Shown piece after piece: positions 57,301 through 64,000 of a stretch of 64,000 nucleotides of DNA. The notes below the pieces were generated by a model. The model was not told the origin of the DNA, made no database searches, and saw only the letters and a program-made list of their open reading frames with translations. The number at the start of each line of letters is the position of its first letter. The first letter of the stretch is position 1. Position numbers and translations under genes: made by a program. Origin of the DNA: Trichosphaerium sp. ATCC 40318 (lineage: Eukaryota; Protista; Tubulinea); NCBI GenBank assembly GCA_038496445.1, contig JALMLS010000368.1:62001-126000 (forward strand), in the 5' to 3' direction.

Positions 57301-60300
57301 TCTGCTGGTTGGATCTCGCAGTTCGCAGGATTGGTAGGAGCAGTAATAATAAGCTCAAGTTTTGGTAGCAATACTGTGACACCAAGCTTGAACTCAAGAA
57401 CAAGAGTTCCGATTACAGTTGGTGTGAACACAATGTCTACCTTACCATCGCCAACAGGTGATAGTTCAACAGGACACTTTTGTTCCTTCTAGGCACGTGG
57501 GTAAGTCATATGTTTCAACAAGGTAAACAAAGGGCGTACACCATCTGGTCCAACAATTATGAGTACAACAACTGGACAGTAATCGTCGAGAGGAGAACCT
57601 TCTTCATCCTCAAGAGTAAGCGTCATTTTAACTGGTTTGTCAACAACGCCACCCTTGTCACCGTCTAATGGACAAGGTGTTTTAATGGATGGTTCAGCTA
57701 TTAATGCAATTAGAAGAGTGGACAAAGAACTAAGCAAAGATATTCGTACGCAAACATTTAACTGAAACTGGTGCTTCAGCTGGCATATCATACACCTTCA
57801 AATCGAGTGGAAGATCTCCGTCATCCTTTGGCGTAAAGGAACATTTGAATACACCATCTTCTTCGACAACATCGACATCAATAGGATTTCCATCGGCGTC
57901 TGATAACAACATTAGTCAGGATTATACTCTAAAAATCACGAAATTAACTACGAACCTTTAATGGCAGCTGCAATAGCCTCTGCAGGGATGGCAGAGACGG
58001 CTTCACCATCAGCATCTCTACAAGCAACTGTAAACTCTACAGGTTGCCCAGCGAGAATAGGACAATCAATGCCAGGTCCTTCAACTGTAATGTCAAATGG
58101 AGTCTCAGGCTTAATAAATCCTTCCCATGGAGAGTTCTTGATTGGTTCGCCACCCTTAAATGTGACTACAATAACGATCTTGGCTGGTTTCGTTGGTGTA
58201 AAGGTAACAACGTAGATACCAGTATTGTCATCCACAATGTTAGAGTCAATAAGACCCTCCTCTTCACTCTTGATTGTAACATCAAACAGAGCACCACCAA
58301 CAGGTATTGGTTCGCCAGCAGCATCGCGAGTCTCAATCTTAAATGAAGCCTCTTTGCCAGCAGTAGGGCATTCAAGGACCTCTAATGAGGTTGTAGCTTC
58401 AGTTGGACCTACACAATCGTCAATAACGTGAAAACTAATTATCCTGTAAAAACCAAAAAACACGTGCCTTCAACAATCTTCAAGAGAACAGGTTCATCTT
58501 GAATTGGTTTTCCGTATGCTTTAATTACGACAGTGTAATCGCCAGGTTTATCTACGTTGTATGTGATAGGGTATTGAGCTTCTTCATCCTTGGAAGGTAG
58601 CACTTCGCCTTCTGACTTTTCACCATCTGGACCAGTCAAGATAACATCAATTTTATCGTCGTCCATTTGGAATGCTTCTCCTTCTGGAGTAGTACACTTA
58701 AGTAAAGCGAGAACGACTTGAACATTTGTGATGCCAGGGTTCTTGAGGTCAACCAACTCGTATTTCGAACCAAATGGAGGACCACCGTCAGGTAAGACGT
58801 CGAATTCCACTGGTTGTTCAAAGATTGGCTTGTCGAACACTTTAATAGAAACTTCGTATGTTCCAGGTACTTCAATGTTGTACATGACAGCTACAGTGCC
58901 AGGTGTTTCACCAACACCAAACTCCATGTCAAGTTCCAAAGCATCAACTCTTCCCTGCAAAGATATCAGAAAAATGTAGTGCGGAAAAATGTAAAATGGT
59001 AAATATCAAACGTACGCTTAAAGAGGAAGGTTCTAGTGGGAACATTTCACCTTTGGAGTCACAGCACATGATGTAACCGATAGTGTTGTCGACATTAGCA
59101 GTGCCTTCAGTATCAAGATCCATAATGACAAACGTGGCGCCTTGTGGGGCACCAATGGTAACAGTAATTGGAATGCAATCACTCACGTTTAAGCCGAATG
59201 CATCAACGCTCAGCTTGTAGTCGCCTACAGTGTCTGGCGTGTACCTTATCTCAACGCCATCGTCCTTATCAACGAGTTCTACTTCAACATCACCAGGACC
59301 AAAGAAATCTACTTCGATAGCATTGGCCTCAAATTCTTTGACAGGTTCACCGTCTTTGTCTAGGCATTGGAGGACACCATAAACATTTGGCAAATTGACA
59401 GACCCTTCATTGTTTTCATCAGCATATTTAAATCCGAAATCAGTTGGTGGGCTTGCAGGTTTATCTAGACATAACTTAGTAAACAGTTCACCATAATAAA
59501 AAAGTTGGTGGTACCGTATGATGTTGTAGTGAATGGAGAATCTTTAATCGGTTCGCCAGCAAGCTGGACATCGATTGTATGTGGTCCTTTCTCCTTAGGC
59601 TCATAGGTGACATCGTATGTGCCATCGTCATTGTCTTCAACGGTTGCAGGTACATCAATACCTTGAGGTCCTTTGATAGCAACTGTGAAGCAATCGCCGC
59701 CAGTTGGGATTGGCTCATCTTGAATGTCCTTTGCCTTTACAATGAATGCAACAGGCTTATCAACTGGAGAGGCTTTCAAGCCAGGGCCATCAACAGTACA
59801 GTTTTCAGGTGAAGCCTTAGGACATACTTCAACCTTGAACGGTGCCTTGTCAATTGACTCATCGCGAACGAGTACGTCAACAGAGACTTCGGTGCAGTCC
59901 TTTGGAGTATACTCTGCGGTGTATGTACCATCACCATTGTCAGTGACATTGCAATCGACTGGGTTCTCTACAGCATCTTCAGGTGAAGTTACAGGAGCAT
60001 CAACGCCAGAGTCTTGCACGCCTTTAAGGGCATTTTTGACTTTATCAGCAGTAGCTGCAACGTCTTCTGGGGTGCCAGAATCTGCAACTTTAGAAAGAGC
60101 GTCAGCAGCGGCAACTAGATCATCAGCTGCTTTAACAGCCTTCTTGGAGTCTTCAGGACTCTCTACACGGACAGCAGCTGATTTAGCCTACAGAAATATT
60201 AGAACAAACTAGCAAAGTGTAAGGACATACCTTTTGGGCAATATCATCAATGAGATCCTCGAGTTCATCCTTCAACTGTTTGACTTGAGGTTTTTTGCCT

Positions 60301-63300
60301 GCTTTTTTAGCAGCATCTAAATCATCAACCTTTTTCAAGGCATCGTCGATCAATTCAGAGAGTGGCTTTGGTGTAAAGTCATCGGCAACGTCCTTGAGTG
60401 CATCTTTCAAGTTTGCAACTTGGGCGGACACATCATCAGCAGGTGCATCATCAACTGCTTTTGACAGCTTGTCCATTGCCTTGGCGAGCTTTTTGGATTT
60501 TGTTGGAGGTTTTTTGTCTGCAGGTTCTTTTACCTAAAATATATGGTCAGTTTGGACATAGTAACAACAAATCTTATATCGTACAGCATTGACAACATCG
60601 TCAACAAGTTCTTTAACATTGTCCTTCAACTTTTTGGTCTTTGGCTCATCACCGGCCTTTTTGGCATCCTCCAAGTCATCGAGTTTATCCAAAGCTTCTT
60701 TGGCTTCGTTGGCAACATCGGATGGGAGTACTCCAGCATTGAGAGAATCAAGAAGTGCATCTTTGAGCTTGTCAGTATCACCAGAGATGGTATCAACATC
60801 GACTGGTTCGGCTGCATCAACATCTGTAGACAATTTGTCCATTGCGCTATCGAGATTATCAGCAATACCAGCAGATTTCTTGTCATCAGATGGTGTAGCC
60901 TAAAGTCAAATTAGTCGGCTTCAGATTTGAAAGTAAAGTATATTACCTCATCAGCTACGCCAGGTACAATGTCGTCAAGGTCATCCTTGAGTTGTTTGAC
61001 CTTTGGTTCGTCACCAGCCTCCTTGGCTTCCTTCAAGTCATCAAGTTTCTTCAAAGCATCGTTGGCTTCATCAACAACGTCAGTTGGAAGTACACCAGCC
61101 TTGATTGCATCATTGAGAGCATCCTTGAGCTTATCAGTATCATCAGAGATGACATCAAGTGGTGCGTCAGCATCAACGTCTTTGGCGAGCTTATCTTGAG
61201 CAGCTGCGATCTTGCAAGGGAGGGTGTCCTTTGTCTAGTGAAAGTGTTATTAGCTTGTTAATAAAGTTGCACATTGAGCCTACCTTGTCAGCAATATCCT
61301 TAACAAGCTTGTTGAGGTCATCCTTCAACTCTTTTACTTTTGGATCATCTCCAGCACGCTTAGCTTTTTCAATATCATCAAGTTTCTTCAAAGCTTCCTT
61401 TGCTTGATCGACAACATCAGATGGAAGTACTCCAGCGCTCAATGCATCAAGAAGTGCATCTTCAACGTTGTCAACATCATTGACAAGCGTTTTTAGTGGC
61501 ACATCAGCGTCGACATCCTTTGAAAGCTTGTCAGCTAGTTTCTCGAGTTCGTCAACAGCGTCAAGAGTTTTATCAGGACCAGATTGATGTTTTGCCTGTG
61601 CACCAAAATATTAGTACAAGTGTTGCTTAACATAACAGGTAAAAAGATTGAAACGTACTTTGTTAGCAACATCATGAACAAGTGGTTTTACTTCATCACA
61701 GAGTTTCTTGACTTGTGGCTCATCTCCAGCTTTCTTGGCGAGTTCCAAATCTGTAAGTTTGTTTAAAGCATCATTGGCTTCATCAACAAGATCGGAAGGA
61801 AGTACACCGGCCTTAAGCGTATCTTTGATGGCATCCTTGACGTTATCGCAATCATTTGCAATAGTATCAAGAGGAGCGTCAGAGTCAACGTCTTTTGACA
61901 GTTTATCCATTGCCTTACCAGCATCAACTGGCTCTGCAACTTTAGACTAGGTATAAACGTGAGCATGTGATTTGATTTCAAATTAAAAATGTTACCTTGT
62001 CAGCAAGATCGCTAACAATGTCTTTGAGTTCATCCTTTAGTGTTTTGGCTTTGTCAGCATCACCAGCCTTCTTTGCTTCTTCCAATTCATCGAGCTTTTT
62101 GGCAGCCTTCTTGGCTTGTTCTGCAACAGGATTTGTAGCCTTTCCAGTATTTTTACCGGTGACCTTGACATCAATATCGTCTCCACCAGAAGTGATTGGT
62201 TTACCATCTTTGTCAACAGCTTGTACGTTAATTGTCGTTGGTTCACCAGCTACGGCGCCTTCAATACCAGGACCTGATACTTCACAGGTTGTTTTATCAG
62301 CAGCTAGTAGTAAGTATAAGGAATACGCCTGGAATGATCAAAGTCGTACGTAGCCTGACATCGAGTTTAATAGGATCGCCAACAGGTTGACCATTGATAG
62401 TCAATTGACCTTCGTATGGACCCAGATTTTCAGGTTTGAACTCCAAGAGGAATTCATTATCAACTCCTGACTCGGATGGACGAATAGTTGCTTCTAATGG
62501 AGGATCACCTTCTAGAGTGCAAGCAAGCATGTCACTTGGGATTTCAAGTTTGTCCTCAGGTGCCTCGTCAGCAGGAGGTACACCTGCATCAAGCAAGTCT
62601 TTGAGGGCATCTTTGAGAGTATCTGTATCTCCAACAATGGCATCGAGTGGAGCATCACTATCGATATCCTTGTCAAGTTGGTCTTTTGCCTTGTCAAGAC
62701 TATCCAAAGCATCAAGCGATTTCTTAGGATCGTATGGCTTGTCGCTCTTTTTAGCCTGTACAAAAATGTTATTATGGCTTATAAATATGCTGTCGTGCAG
62801 TACCTTATCAGCAATATCATCAATGAGTCAGCAAGTTCATCTTTAAGCTGTTTGACCTTTGGTTCATCACCTGCCTTTTTGGCGTCTTCCAAGTCATCGA
62901 GTTTGTCCAAAGCATCGTTTAGTGTATCAACAACGTCGGATGGAAGAACTCCAGTATTGAGCAAGTCAAGTAGCGAGTCCTTCAACTTGTCAGCATCATC
63001 AGATATTGTGTCAAGCGGCTCATCGCCATCAACATCCTTTCCGAGTTTATCCATTGCCTTTTCAAGGTCATCAACAGCATCAACTGGGTTCTTGGCATCA
63101 ACTGGTTTTGCCTGTTTTAAACAGTTAGATAACAATGTCAGCATTGATAACAAAAGTACCTTGTCAAGAATATCATCAATAAGATCAGCAATCTCGTCTT
63201 TGAGTTGTTTGACCTTTGGTTCATCACCAGCTTTCTTGGCTTCATCCAAATCATCAAGTTTCTTCAAAGCATCATTGGCTGCGTCAACTACATCAGATGG

Positions 63301-64000
63301 AAGTACTCCAGTCTTGATTGCATCGTTGAGAGCGTCTTTGAGCTTGTCAGTATCACCAGAGATGGTGTCGAGTGGTTCATCAGCATCAAGATCTTTGGAT
63401 AATTTATCCATTGCATCGGCGATATTGAGAGGAGGACAATCTTTAGCCTAAAATAAACAGTGTTACAAAAGTTGACAACAAAAAAACTTTACCTTTTTGA
63501 TGTCGTCAATGAGATCTGCAAGTTCATCTTTGAGCTCTTTGACCTTTGGTTCATCGCCGGCCTTTTTGGCATCTTCCAAGTCATCGAGTTTGTCCAAAGC
63601 TTCTTTGACTTTATCAACAACGTCAGAAGGCAGAACGCCAGTGCTGAGTAAGTCAAGAAGAGGATCTTTCAACTTATCAGCATCGTCTGAGATAGTATCA
63701 AGTGGAGCATCAGTGTCAACATCTTTGCCGAGTTTGTCCATTGCTTTATCAAGGTCGTCAAGAGCATCAAGACCTTTCTTGGTGGCTGGTTTGACCTGAG
63801 AATGTAATTTTAGTAAAAAAGGTTGCACAGTTCAAACGTACCTTATCAGCGATATCATCAATGAGATCAGCGAGTTCATCTTTGAGTTGTTTAACCTTTG
63901 GTTCATCACCGGCTTTTTTGGCATCCTCCAAGTCATCGAGTTTGTCCAAAGCTTCTTTGATCTTCTCAAGAACGTCAGATGGAAGATCTCCAGCACTGAG
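51396..64000 (-). CDS. Giant filamin/ABP-120-like protein, 3' portion (5' end beyond window): filamin Ig repeats plus arrays of an acidic helical repeat
   Basis: Filamin motifs GPG, GGD, DNxDGTYxVxYxP, GxPIKDSPF. The final repeat resembles the ABP-120 dimerisation repeat. Stop at 51396. Confidence 0.92.
52440..57095 (-). repeat. Array of 13 ~95-aa helical repeats, one per exon
   Basis: Units MDKL(G/S)KDVDAD.P.D.ISDD(A/T)DKLKD...GVLPSDVVD...LDDL.(D/E)AKKAGDEPKVKQLKDE, separated by short (~40-55 nt) introns. Confidence 0.92.
59980..62150 (-). repeat. Array of 5 diverged helical repeats flanked by two half-repeats
   Basis: Exons ~60231-61947 encode diverged units. Half-units lie at ~62150-61996 and ~60187-60000. 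Confidence 0.85.
62570..64000 (-). repeat. Third helical-repeat array (continues beyond window)
   Basis: Three complete units, one unit cut by the window edge and one half-unit. 63075-63905 is nearly identical to 52790-53620, introns included. Confidence 0.9.

Noticed and set aside
52400-64000. CRISPR-like array, or Ser-rich + strand proteins in the repeat region
   Set aside because: The 'spacers' are GT-AG introns and the repeats are coding exons. The + strand ORFs are antisense shadows.

Overview
Gene-dense, AT-rich eukaryotic DNA with short GT-AG introns (mostly ~40-200 nt). It is probably from an amoebozoan-type protist (inference from the ABP-120-like filamin end, intron size and gene families). 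Recognisable genes, left to right: ornithine decarboxylase, a coiled-coil protein, a 5'-truncated non-LTR retrotransposon with a 13-bp TSD, a PIAS/Siz SUMO E3 ligase that splices into a C-terminal MYND finger, F-box+MORN, Tim9, F-box+NHL, YME1/FtsH, F-box+LRR, two GPI-type surface proteins, a HicB-like protein head-to-head with a disrupted cellular RNA-dependent RNA polymerase, a MARK/Kin1 kinase, an M28 membrane peptidase whose large intron holds a nested antisense RING gene, and DUF4419. The last 12.6 kb is the 3' part of a giant filamin-like gene. Most striking feature: three filamin Ig domains of that gene appear split, with arrays of an unrecognised ~95-aa acidic helical repeat (one repeat per phase-0 exon, up to ~1,350 aa per array) inserted inside their loops. 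Also flagged: a TSD-flanked 207-bp element, a GC-rich structured ncRNA candidate, and strong CACGTG enrichment. All exon models and counts were made by eye.
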